From NCBI GenBank assembly GCA_044222185.1, contig JBGANV010000001.1:224001-288000 (forward strand): DNA of 64,000 nucleotides, read 5' to 3'. Both the position numbers and the translations under genes were made by a program. The DNA comes from Planctomycetota bacterium (GTDB lineage: Bacteria > Planctomycetota > GCA-002687715 > CAIWVZ01). Below the pieces are notes generated by a model, which did not search any database, was not told the origin of the DNA, and was given only the letters and a program-made list of their open reading frames with translations. This document shows positions 50,501 through 59,087 of this stretch, one piece after another (within the stretch, counting starts at the first letter, position 1; every line of letters begins with the position of its first letter).

Positions 50501-51228
50501 ACGACGACGGAACGAGGCTCGCGAGCGGATCGCCGAACGGCGCCTTGCGGCTTTGGGATACGCGTACGGGTGCCTGCGTCCTGAACGTGCGGCGCGGAGT
50601 CTCCATGGACGAAGGCCTTTCGTTCTCCGCCGATGGATCGCGATTGATCGGACGCGATCTCGCCGTCGGCGACGCGTGGGTGCTCGACGCCGGATCGGCG
50701 GCCGAGCGTCGCGTCCTGCGACGGCTCGACGAGGTGTGCTCTCCGTCGAAGGTTCGCGCGGCCCTCGAGGCCGACGCGATGCTTTCGCCCGACGAGCGGG
50801 GCCACTCGATCGAATGCCTCTCGCGTGTGGGGCATGACGCTCAGCGGTTGAACGACGATGCCTACGCGCTCTGCAACTGGGGCAGCGCCACGCCGGGCGA
50901 GCACGAGCGGGCCTACGAGCTGGCGGCGGCTGCGGTCGAACTCGCGCCGAACGCCGGCTGGTTCCTCAACACCCTCGGGTGTGCACAAGTGCGCACGGGG
51001 CGATTCTCCGAGGCCGTCGCGACACTCGAGCGGGCAGTCGCCCTCAACGAGACGATGCAGTCGGACTTCGCGTTGCTCGCGATCGCTCAGGCGAGGTCAG
51101 GGCACGTCACCGAAGCGCGCGCCGCCCTCGAGCGGGCGCGTTCGCTCGTCGGTCTCGGCGCCAGCGAGGTGGCACTCCTGATGGAAGCCGAAACCGTGGT
51201 GGGCGCCCCCGTCAGCGGCGGGCGGTGA
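47584..51228 (+). CDS. Ser/Thr kinase with WD40 repeats and C-terminal TPR-like helices
   Basis: LGHGGMGSVY, VALK, HRDLKPSN, DFGVAK, GTLQYMSPEQ; hydrophobic ALVIGFAATALALAIGAAA; LRNFEW; GH...WD repeats; LNTLG...GRFSEAV. Confidence 0.92.
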   Translation: MGLRDEEALFHELVDLAPEAQKVRLELIDDLALRDRLIRLLRAFRSEALPDPLGVPLEWLGGDPAPLIGRSIGEYRIERLLGHGGMGSVYVATQEHPRRRVALKVIGAGVLSPSARRRFSTEVQVLGTLKHPGIAQIYEAGVHDLGGAPLQWFAMELIEGESLVDFCRRHACDHRRILELFAQVAEAVGHAHARAIVHRDLKPSNILVESASVDRPDLSGRAKVLDFGVAKSIAEHDAAGATATGGVVGTLQYMSPEQAAGRPDVDCASDVYSLGLILFELLAGRRAYEIEGLSFSAAVRVVTESQPPTVRRFDRDVPGDVDVILRKSMDKEPERRYPNASHLAADIRRYLSNVPITARSPTVFYLASRFARRHRALVIGFAATALALAIGAAATWSKAVDLDRALENVAVERGVSRLRGYVGLIATADGALGNGDVRAARAALDAAPPELRNFEWWALYRRLDQSVRTITPGRPTFGLFGMAANGSQICGVGPKNGLRRWDAASGAELSTLRPAVGSIHAWASDSTGRRFAFLTAERRVAVNSEDSAEGSREILGPQPDLEQIAWHGDRIVVAGATRALEIDPAAGATQRPRAIDLSGGLLLRLSPSMGWIAVLTPDRRWEVRDDRGAVVLSDPTSTGVARYAWSSDGRIFLVIDGDGRGSTWNLETRQRVSRVALPAEPFALEWVVCPSGRQVACVGPSQSIRVFDTAVLQTAGTRWLGHRDVVVGAGYSRDGSLWTASGDRTFKRWPASGADVISGTAGTVQPADGSLVTVGSDGAITRYEDGESRLLARLPQDVRPFLARLSPDASHVFTIGAPRQSAAVVWSVDGPRRLRQLSMPSDFTALTSTRVIEWDRVSSLSSYRLDAPGTPEWTKPIQGAYLNAAAVDATESSLGFGLAGGAFVVLDVATGSVVRAFPGVGGAVTVGFAFDRPSSRIAVAYSDRLIRIWNLRTGTIDIVLEGHSMEVCGLAFNDDGTRLASGSPNGALRLWDTRTGACVLNVRRGVSMDEGLSFSADGSRLIGRDLAVGDAWVLDAGSAAERRVLRRLDEVCSPSKVRAALEADAMLSPDERGHSIECLSRVGHDAQRLNDDAYALCNWGSATPGEHERAYELAAAAVELAPNAGWFLNTLGCAQVRTGRFSEAVATLERAVALNETMQSDFALLAIAQARSGHVTEARAALERARSLVGLGASEVALLMEAETVVGAPVSGGR

Positions 51229-54039
51229 TCAGGCCTGGGGCGCTTGCGCGGCCGTCCCCGCCCGCGGCGCGAACAGGAAGCCCGCGGCATAGACCGCGGC
51301 GGCGACGACGAAGACTGCGGCGAAGCCCATCCCCATGGCGAGGATGACGGCCACCAGCGACGTGAACACGGACCAGAACCCGTTGATGGCCCAGGCCCAG
51401 GGAAGGAGGGCCGGCGACGTCGCTTCGACGGCGCGCACGCCCAGCGGAAGAGCCATCCCGAGGACGAACCCCACGGGCGCCACGAGCGCGATGGCGATGG
51501 CGACGCGCACCGGGAACGCGAGCCCGAGCATCCCGTTCAGGCCGAACGCCGCGACGGCTCCGGTCAAGAGGATCAGGCTCACGATCACCACGCCCGTCAT
51601 GATGATCGACCTGCGGGCGTCGCCACGGATCCGCGCGGAGGCGAGGGCGCCAAAGCCGCTGAACGCGAGCATCGCCGCGAGCACCACCGAGAGCGAGTAC
51701 GACGGGTGACCGAGGAACAGCGAGAGCTTCTGCATCAGCGCCACTTCGACGAGCATGAATCCCGCCCCGAGCGCCGCGAAGTAGGTGAACGTGCGACCCC
51801 GCTCCCGCAGCGGCACGCCCTGACGGCGCAGTCGTCGCAGCGGCGCCAGGATCATCACGAGGGCGAGCAGGCTGATCTGCCCCAGCGACGACAACAGCAC
51901 CATGTGGCCCACGGGGAAGTCCGGGTGATACCCCGCTTCGTTCGTCGTTCGGCTCGCCCACATGTCGCTGAAGCGCTTCATGCGGAAGTAGTCGAAGAAG
52001 AACGGCTTGTCGTCCGTGCTCGGCGTGAGGTCGTAGAAGTAGTCGGCGACGAACCGGTCGCGCTCGTCGGACGCGCCGCGGATGATCGTGGCGAAGTTCC
52101 TCTGCGCCGCTTGGAACCCTTCGCGGGAGCGGACTCCGTACTCGACGGCGTCGTCCCGTCCCTTCTTCAGCGCCGCGAGAACCGAGGCTCGGACCTCGTC
52201 CGCTGCGGGGATCGAGTTCGCGACGCCAGCGAGCGCCACATCCGAACCGGCACGATCACCGTCCAGGGCCTTCCACAGGCTCGATGCCACGGCGCTCGTG
52301 ATGGCCGGCGGCAGCGCGAGCGTTCCGACGGATCGGGCGTCGGCCACGTCTTGGAGCACCCTCTGCGCCATCACGTCGCTCCACGTGGCGGAGATACGTC
52401 CCGGGTCGAGGGGGCCGTCCCGGCCGCGCAACGGATCGAACACGAGGCCCATGAATCGCTCGTCGTCGACGAACTTGCGCATGGCGAGCACTTCGGGCTC
52501 CGTGAACGGCCCCTTTCGGATCATGGTCGATGCCCAGCCGAACCCCTGAAGGATGAGGATGTGGCGCCAGGGCTCGGCGACTCCCGACTGCGCGAGGGCC
52601 TCGCGGGCGATGTTCGCGAGGCGGATCGTCTCCCGCGGCCGCTTGGGGTAGTTCAGGATGAAACGCGAGTAGTTGAGGATGCCGTCCGGGTTCAGGTGCG
52701 CGTAGAAGTCCTTCACCGCCTCGACGGTGTAGAGGTAGCTCTCGCTCAACGTGTACGCACCGCTGTTCAGCGCCGTGTAGCTGTCGACGCCGCTGAGCTG
52801 GATGAGGTCGAAGGACTTCTCCGAGCGACGCAGGAAGGATCGACCCTCGGCTTCGATGAGTTCGACCTTGGGGTTGGAGAAGAGGTTCCCGAGGTACCCG
52901 GCGAAGTCCCGCGTGACCATGCGGATCATCGCCGGGTTGATGTCGACGGCCGTCACGTTCTTCGCGCCGTGGAACAGTGCCGCCATCACGTCGACACCGC
53001 CGCCCGTGCCGATGACCATCACCTCGGGTGTCGTGAGTCCGCGCGCTTTCAGCGAGAGGTATCCGCTGACGGCCTGCGTGTCGTCCAGCGCATCGAAGCG
53101 CTTCACGTCGGCGGCGTTCTCGTAGAGGCAAGTCGGTGCCGTGCCGTCCTGCGTGACCGCGCGCATGGGCACCGCGCCGCGCCCCAGGTCGCCGAAGTCG
53201 CCGCCGATCATCATGGCGCCGTCGTAGGGTCGCGAGACGTCGACTTGCGCGATCGCGCTGGGGATCGTCGCATCCGCGGTCTGGCCGGGGAAGAACGACA
53301 GTGCGTCCTTCTGGAGACCGAAGGGAACGCGGATCTCGATCTTGGGGATCCCACCGCCTCCGCCGCAGACGCCGACCAGGAGGAGGGCCAGCACGATCGC
53401 CGGGATCGCGTGCACGACGAACCGTCGCCGGCCCGTCGCCGCCGCGTAGGCCGCACCACCCAGCGCGGCGAGCGCGGCTGCGGCGACGATCGTCGCCGGG
53501 GCACCGATCCGGTTGAGGAGCGTGGGTGCGATGGCGGCGCCGATCGCCGATCCGACCAGGTCGGCGAAATACAGGCGATTCACGGCGGCGGGATGTCGCA
53601 CGAGCGTCGTGCCCACGGTCACCCCTGCGAGCAGGAGCGGGATCGCGAGGACGGCGTAGCACGAAAAGAGTTTCAGGAAGTGGCTGACGTCCGTCCAGAC
53701 GGCGAGCGAGTCGATCTGGAGTCGTACGACGAGGAACAACGCGAGGACGGTCGTGATGGCGTAGGTCGTGGCGGACGCGGAGGCGATCGCCGCCGTGGAC
53801 GCCGCACGCTCACGAATGCGTACGGCCGTGAGGATGCTCCCGGACGCACCGAACCCGAGAAGCGCCAACGAGATCACCATGTAGGCAAAGTGATGCCACA
53901 TGAGGATCGCGAAGACGCGCGTGACGGCCACCTCGAGCAGGAGGACGGACATCGCCGTGAGAAGCATCCCCGCGTAGAGGGCCCGCCCCGGCGGAGTCTC
54001 GGCGATCGTCGGCTGCGATGGCGGCGTGGCAGTCGTCAT
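51229..54039 (-). CDS. Polytopic membrane protein with central spermidine-synthase-like SAM-binding domain
   Basis: N-terminal TM block (LYFADLVGSAIGA), VMVIGTGGGVDV, VDINP, EGRSFL, YLYTVEA, TDDKPFF, C-terminal TM block (WAWAING). Confidence 0.85.
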   Translation of the reverse strand: MTTATPPSQPTIAETPPGRALYAGMLLTAMSVLLLEVAVTRVFAILMWHHFAYMVISLALLGFGASGSILTAVRIRERAASTAAIASASATTYAITTVLALFLVVRLQIDSLAVWTDVSHFLKLFSCYAVLAIPLLLAGVTVGTTLVRHPAAVNRLYFADLVGSAIGAAIAPTLLNRIGAPATIVAAAALAALGGAAYAAATGRRRFVVHAIPAIVLALLLVGVCGGGGGIPKIEIRVPFGLQKDALSFFPGQTADATIPSAIAQVDVSRPYDGAMMIGGDFGDLGRGAVPMRAVTQDGTAPTCLYENAADVKRFDALDDTQAVSGYLSLKARGLTTPEVMVIGTGGGVDVMAALFHGAKNVTAVDINPAMIRMVTRDFAGYLGNLFSNPKVELIEAEGRSFLRRSEKSFDLIQLSGVDSYTALNSGAYTLSESYLYTVEAVKDFYAHLNPDGILNYSRFILNYPKRPRETIRLANIAREALAQSGVAEPWRHILILQGFGWASTMIRKGPFTEPEVLAMRKFVDDERFMGLVFDPLRGRDGPLDPGRISATWSDVMAQRVLQDVADARSVGTLALPPAITSAVASSLWKALDGDRAGSDVALAGVANSIPAADEVRASVLAALKKGRDDAVEYGVRSREGFQAAQRNFATIIRGASDERDRFVADYFYDLTPSTDDKPFFFDYFRMKRFSDMWASRTTNEAGYHPDFPVGHMVLLSSLGQISLLALVMILAPLRRLRRQGVPLRERGRTFTYFAALGAGFMLVEVALMQKLSLFLGHPSYSLSVVLAAMLAFSGFGALASARIRGDARRSIIMTGVVIVSLILLTGAVAAFGLNGMLGLAFPVRVAIAIALVAPVGFVLGMALPLGVRAVEATSPALLPWAWAINGFWSVFTSLVAVILAMGMGFAAVFVVAAAVYAAGFLFAPRAGTAAQAPQA

Positions 54040-54875
54040 GGGGCGCCGATCGCACGGCGAATCCGGAGCACCTGCTCGAGAAGCGGGCGCAGGTCGGTGA
54101 GAGCAAGCGCGTTCGCTGCGTCGGAGCGGGCGATCGCCGGGTCCTCGTGGACCTCGAAGAAGAGGCCGTCGACGCCCACGGCGGCGGCCGCGCGCGCGAG
54201 GTACGGGACCATCGTCCGGTCGCCGCCGGTCTTGTCGCCGAGGCCGCCCGGCTGTTGGACCGAGTGGGTCGCGTCGAAGACGACCGGAACGCCGATGCCG
54301 CGCATGATCGGCAACGCCCGGAAGTCGTTCACGAGCGTGTTGTATCCGAACGAAACGCCGCGCTCGGTGATCGTCATGCGGTCATTGCCCGATTCACGGA
54401 CCTTCTCGATCAACGGCTTGATGTCCCACGGTGCGAGGAATTGTCCCTTCTTCACGTTCACGATCCGCCCCGTCTTCGCTGCAGCGACCAGCAGATCCGT
54501 CTGTCGGCACAGGAACGCAGGGATCTGGATGATGTCGGCGACTTCCGACACCGGAATGCACTGATCGGGGTCGTGGACGTCCGTGAGGATCGGGAGTCCC
54601 AGGTTCCTCTTCACCGACGCGAGGATCCTCAATCCCTCCTTGATCCCCGGGCCGCGATAGCTCTTCAGCGACGATCGATTCGCCTTGTCGAACGAGCACT
54701 TGAAGACGAAGGTGACCGGCAGGTCGGCCAGCTCCTTCCTCAGCGCTTCGGCGTGGCGCAGCGTGACGACCTCGGGCTCGACGATGCAGAGCCCGGCGAT
54801 CACCAGGAGGGGGTGACCGGGGCCAATGGAAATCCGGCCGTCCGTTACGGGTTTGGGCTGTACTTCGGAACTCAT
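54036..54875 (-). CDS. kdsA: 3-deoxy-D-manno-octulosonate 8-phosphate synthase
   Basis: IAGLCIVE, FDKANRSS, TDVH, QIPAFLCRQTDL, KKGQF, ERG, FDATHSVQ, FFEVH. Confidence 0.97.
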   Translation of the reverse strand: MSSEVQPKPVTDGRISIGPGHPLLVIAGLCIVEPEVVTLRHAEALRKELADLPVTFVFKCSFDKANRSSLKSYRGPGIKEGLRILASVKRNLGLPILTDVHDPDQCIPVSEVADIIQIPAFLCRQTDLLVAAAKTGRIVNVKKGQFLAPWDIKPLIEKVRESGNDRMTITERGVSFGYNTLVNDFRALPIMRGIGVPVVFDATHSVQQPGGLGDKTGGDRTMVPYLARAAAAVGVDGLFFEVHEDPAIARSDAANALALTDLRPLLEQVLRIRRAIGAP

Positions 54876-55795
54876 GCGTGCGCTCCGTTCGCTGCGATGG
54901 CCGGCGGTCGGATCACGCGCGCCGCGGCGGGCAGGATGGTGATCGTGGCTGGAAGGAATCCGTAATCGTCGCCATCGGCCTGCATGGGAACGGGACCCTG
55001 ATCCTGTGACTCGATGCGGATCACGCGTCCCGATCCGTAGACCGCGTGGGTCGCGCCCATCTCGCGTCTCGTCGCGGCGGCGATGAACGATTGGAGCAGT
55101 GCGAACTTCCCCGGGCGGCGGTAGGCGACCCAGTGGAGCAGTCCGTCGTCGATGCGCGCCTGTGGCACGGCGGCGAAGAACCCGCCGTAGTTGCGCGTGT
55201 TGGCGATGATGGCGCCGAAGACGGGCCCGTCGACGCGTACTCCGTCCACCGTGAGGGCGAGGGGCGTCGATCGATAGCGCGACAGCGCACGCAGCGACGG
55301 CCGAACGTAGGTGAGCTTGGAGATCGGCCCACGCCGCGCCTCGGCAATCGCGTGAACGATGGCGCCGTCGAACCCGACCCCGAGCATGGCGAGGAATCTC
55401 CGATCGTTGATGCGGCCCACGTCGATCGGCCGTGCGTCGCCCGAGAGAATCAACTCGGCGGCCCGTCGAGCCGCCAGCGGAATCCTCAGGTCGCGCGCGA
55501 CGACGTTCGCCGTTCCGACCGGCACCAACCCCACGGGGATGTTCGCAGTGAGGCCCGTCACGACCTCGTTGAGCGTCCCGTCGCCGCCGACCGCGACGAC
55601 CAACGAGCTCGACGGATCGAGTCGCGACGCGATCGCGCGACCCTCGCCCGCCGAAGTCGTCACGTGACGCACGACGGAAACGCCGGCTGCTCGGAGCAAA
55701 CGCTCGGCGACGTCGGCCGCGCGCAGCGACGCACCCTGGCCGGATATGGGGTTGATGATGAAGTCCGCGCGCTTCAAGGCCGGGCAGGGTATCAA
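54872..55795 (-). CDS. Diacylglycerol / lipid kinase family protein (YegS/DgkB-like)
   Basis: IINPISG, GGDGTLNEV, PVGTANVVA, IDVG, GVGFDG, YGG, DDGLL, QADGD. Confidence 0.9.
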   Translation of the reverse strand: MIPCPALKRADFIINPISGQGASLRAADVAERLLRAAGVSVVRHVTTSAGEGRAIASRLDPSSSLVVAVGGDGTLNEVVTGLTANIPVGLVPVGTANVVARDLRIPLAARRAAELILSGDARPIDVGRINDRRFLAMLGVGFDGAIVHAIAEARRGPISKLTYVRPSLRALSRYRSTPLALTVDGVRVDGPVFGAIIANTRNYGGFFAAVPQARIDDGLLHWVAYRRPGKFALLQSFIAAATRREMGATHAVYGSGRVIRIESQDQGPVPMQADGDDYGFLPATITILPAAARVIRPPAIAANGAHA

Positions 55796-55817
55796 AGGCG
55801 CTGCGCGGCGGGCACGT

Positions 55818-56270
55818 TCACCCGGCGGGGCACCCAGGCGCGATGAGCTTGGTGAGGCCGAACTGCGGATAGGGGATTCGCTCCATCCGGCCCGTCCGGA
55901 TGATCGTCACCTCCAGGATGATCGACGCGACGGCGCGGAATACGTGCCCGCCGAACGCGGCGAAATCCCGGCCCGTGAAGAGGCCATGCGCATGCAGGAA
56001 GGGCTTGCCGTCCTTCATCGACAGGTTCCCGGAAAGGGCGACGACTTCGACCCGCTCGAGCACTCGCCGGCGCATGTAGACGTTCTCGGGCAGGCTGAAG
56101 TACCCCAGCTCCATGTCGTCCACGGCCCCGATCGCCGAGACGACGCCGCCCTCGATCCCGTGTTTCGCGGCCGCGTCGATGACCGAGGCGTGAAGCTCGT
56201 CGCCAGGTGACAGGGTGACGAGCGTCGCCTTCGTGCCCCCAGCCGGATGATCGATGTCTGCGGTGTCCAT
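55818..56270 (-). CDS. PPC / DUF296 domain protein
   Basis: SAIGAV, EVVALSGN, HAHG, GGHV. Confidence 0.88.
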   Translation of the reverse strand: MDTADIDHPAGGTKATLVTLSPGDELHASVIDAAAKHGIEGGVVSAIGAVDDMELGYFSLPENVYMRRRVLERVEVVALSGNLSMKDGKPFLHAHGLFTGRDFAAFGGHVFRAVASIILEVTIIRTGRMERIPYPQFGLTKLIAPGCPAG

Positions 56271-56399
56271 GGCGGGCGTTTTAGACGGTCACTCGGCTCG
56301 AATCAGCGCGCGCACGCGGAATCGCGTGCCGTTGCCCGTGGGCGACCGCCGTGGAATCATGGCCGCTCGCCGATTTTGGCCGAGATTCCGAGGCGCGAC

Positions 56400-59048
56400 A
56401 TGACCGAGCTCTCCACCCGCTACACGCCCAACGAGGTCGAGGACCGCTGGTACAAGACCTGGTCCGACGAGAAGTGCTTCAAGCCCGAAGCCGTAGACGG
56501 TGCGACGAAGTCCCACGTCATCGTCATCCCTCCGCCGAACGTCACGGGCGCGCTGCACATGGGGCACGCGCTCAACAACACGCTCCAGGACATCCTGACG
56601 CGCTTCCGCCGCATGCAGGGGTTGGCGGCGCTCTACCTTCCCGGCACGGACCACGCGGGCATCGCCACCCAGAACAGGGTGGAGAAAGCCATCGAGAAGG
56701 AAGGCAAGACGCGGGATCAGCTCGGGCGCGACGCCTTCATCGAACGCGTGTGGGCGTGGAAGGAGCAGTACGGCGGCCGGATCATCGGCCAGTTGAAGAA
56801 GCTCGGCTGCTCGTGCGACTGGGACCGCGAGCGCTTCACCATGGACGAGGGCCTGTCGAAGGCCGTCGCCCACAGCTTCGTGGCGCTGCACGAGAAGGGG
56901 CTGATCTACCAGGGCGAGCGGCTCATCAACTGGTGTCCGCGGTGCCTCACGGCGTTGTCGGACGAGGAGGCGGAGGCGAATCCCGAGAACGGCTCGTTCT
57001 TCCACCTGCGTTATCCCGTCGAAGGCGAGCCCGGTCGCTACGTGGTCGTGGCGACGACGCGCCCCGAAACGATGTTCGGCGACACGGCCGTCGCCGTGCA
57101 CCCCGACGACGAGCGCTACCGCGGCCTCATCGGCAAGCGACTCATCCTGCCGATCGCCGACCGGCCCATTCCCGTGATTGCCGACCACCACGCCGACCCG
57201 ACCAAGGGCTCGGGCGCGGTGAAGATCACGCCGGCGCACGACTTCAACGACTTCGAGGTGGGCAACCGCCATGGCTTGCCGCGCGTGCGCGCCATGGACG
57301 AGCACGGTCGGATGACGGAGGCGGCGGCGCCGTTTACCGGTCTCGATCGTTTCGAGGCGCGCAAGAAGCTCGTCGCGCTCCTCACGGAACGCGGCCTCCT
57401 CGATCGCGTGGAGGACAAGGAGATCCCGCTCCCGCGCTGCTACCGCTGCACGACGGTGGTGGAACCGCGCCTTTCGAAGCAGTGGTTCGTGAAGATGCGT
57501 CCGCTGCTCGAGCCCGCGGCGGAAGCCGTGCGCGACGGCCGCATCCGCTTCGTGCCCGAGCGCTACGCGCGGACGTACTTCGACTGGGTCGAGCAGTACC
57601 GCGATTGGTGCATCAGCCGCCAGATCTGGTGGGGGCATCGGATCCCTGCGTACACCAACGGGCAGGGGAAGACCGTGGTCTCGCTCACGCCACCCAAGGC
57701 CGCGCCAGGGGAGACGTGGACGCAGGACCCGGACGTGCTCGACACGTGGTTCTCGTCCCAGCTCTGGCCATTCAGCACGCTCGGGTGGCCGGACGCGACG
57801 CCGGACCTCGCGCGGTTCTATCCCACGGACGTCCTCGTGACGGCACGGGACATCATCTACTTCTGGGTGGCGCGCATGGTGATGTGCGGCCTGGAATTCA
57901 TGGGGAAGGCTCCGTTCCACACGGTGTACATCACGGGCACCGTGCTCGACGACCAGGGCCGCCGCATGAGCAAGTCGCTCGGCAACGGCATCGATCCGGT
58001 CGAGATGATCGACAAGTACGGCGCGGACGCCGTGCGCTTCTCGCTGGTCACGCTCGCGACCGAGGGGCAGGACATCAAGCTTGCCGAGAGCCGGTTCGAG
58101 GGCGGCCGCAACTTCGTCAACAAGCTGTGGAATGCGTCGCGCTTCGTGATGATGACGACGCAGGACTGCGCTGGCGGCGAGCCGAAGGGCCCGCTCGCTC
58201 CCGAAGACCGTTGGGTGCGCAGCCGCGCGAACGCCGCGATCCGCGAGGTGACCGAGCAACTGGACAAGCTCCGGTTCGCGGATGCCGGCCGCACGCTCTA
58301 CGAGTTCACGTGGAACGTCTTCTGCGACTGGTACCTCGAGCTGACCAAGTCGCGCATGCAGGATCAGTCGCCGGAGGGTGCTGCAAGCCGCGGCACGGCG
58401 CAGGCGATCCTGATCCAGACGCTGGACGTGATCCTACGGCTGCTCCACCCCATCGCGCCGTTCGCGACGGAGGAGATCCGCAGCCACCTCCTCGCGAAAC
58501 TGCCCGGCGCGCGCAACCGTTTGATCCTCGAGCATTGGCCCGTGGCCAATCCCGCGTGGGACGATCCGGCCGCCGAGCGCGAGATCGACGTGCTCGTCGC
58601 CATCGTGAAGACGGCACGCGTCGTCCGCGAGGAGCTGAAGCTCGAGAAGCGCAAGCCGCTGAAGCTGCTCGTGAACGTCCGCGATGCGTCCGCCATCCGC
58701 GTGATCGACGCCGTGCGCGACCGCTGCGTCGCCATGGGCATCCTGGAGGAACTGCGCGTGGGCGTCGGCATGGACAAGCCCAAGGGCGCCGTCACGAAGC
58801 TTGCGCTCGATCTCGAGATCTACATCCCCATGGAAGGTCTCGTGGACGTGGAGGCCGAGCGCGCGCGGCTGAAGAAGCAGCTCGAGGAGGCCGAAGGCTT
58901 CGCCGAAGGCAAGCGGAAGAAGCTCGGCAATCAGGACTTCGTGGCGCGGGCGAAGCCCGAGGTCGTGGATCGCGAGCGGGCGCAGCTCGCCGAGCTGGAA
59001 GAGAAGGCGGCGCGCCTCAAGCAGAGTCTGATCGACCTGGGCGGATGA
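56400..59048 (+). CDS. valS: Valine--tRNA ligase
   Basis: PPPNVTGALHMGH, DHAGIATQ, ATTRPET, DWCISRQIWWGH, DVLDTWFSS, RMSKS, C-terminal coiled coil. Confidence 0.97.
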   Translation: MTELSTRYTPNEVEDRWYKTWSDEKCFKPEAVDGATKSHVIVIPPPNVTGALHMGHALNNTLQDILTRFRRMQGLAALYLPGTDHAGIATQNRVEKAIEKEGKTRDQLGRDAFIERVWAWKEQYGGRIIGQLKKLGCSCDWDRERFTMDEGLSKAVAHSFVALHEKGLIYQGERLINWCPRCLTALSDEEAEANPENGSFFHLRYPVEGEPGRYVVVATTRPETMFGDTAVAVHPDDERYRGLIGKRLILPIADRPIPVIADHHADPTKGSGAVKITPAHDFNDFEVGNRHGLPRVRAMDEHGRMTEAAAPFTGLDRFEARKKLVALLTERGLLDRVEDKEIPLPRCYRCTTVVEPRLSKQWFVKMRPLLEPAAEAVRDGRIRFVPERYARTYFDWVEQYRDWCISRQIWWGHRIPAYTNGQGKTVVSLTPPKAAPGETWTQDPDVLDTWFSSQLWPFSTLGWPDATPDLARFYPTDVLVTARDIIYFWVARMVMCGLEFMGKAPFHTVYITGTVLDDQGRRMSKSLGNGIDPVEMIDKYGADAVRFSLVTLATEGQDIKLAESRFEGGRNFVNKLWNASRFVMMTTQDCAGGEPKGPLAPEDRWVRSRANAAIREVTEQLDKLRFADAGRTLYEFTWNVFCDWYLELTKSRMQDQSPEGAASRGTAQAILIQTLDVILRLLHPIAPFATEEIRSHLLAKLPGARNRLILEHWPVANPAWDDPAAEREIDVLVAIVKTARVVREELKLEKRKPLKLLVNVRDASAIRVIDAVRDRCVAMGILEELRVGVGMDKPKGAVTKLALDLEIYIPMEGLVDVEAERARLKKQLEEAEGFAEGKRKKLGNQDFVARAKPEVVDRERAQLAELEEKAARLKQSLIDLGG

Positions 59049-59087
59049 GCGCGCGCCGGGTCGACGAACCCGGCGCTGCGATCGAGG

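Noticed and set aside
51244-54564. Very long alternative-frame or antisense ORFs (e.g. 51244..54564 +, 56351..59095 +, 11270..13693 +, 24480..26774 -, 21904..23967 -)
   Set aside because: They overlap well-supported genes, are Arg/Gly/Pro-rich without motifs, and are expected shadows of high-GC codon bias.
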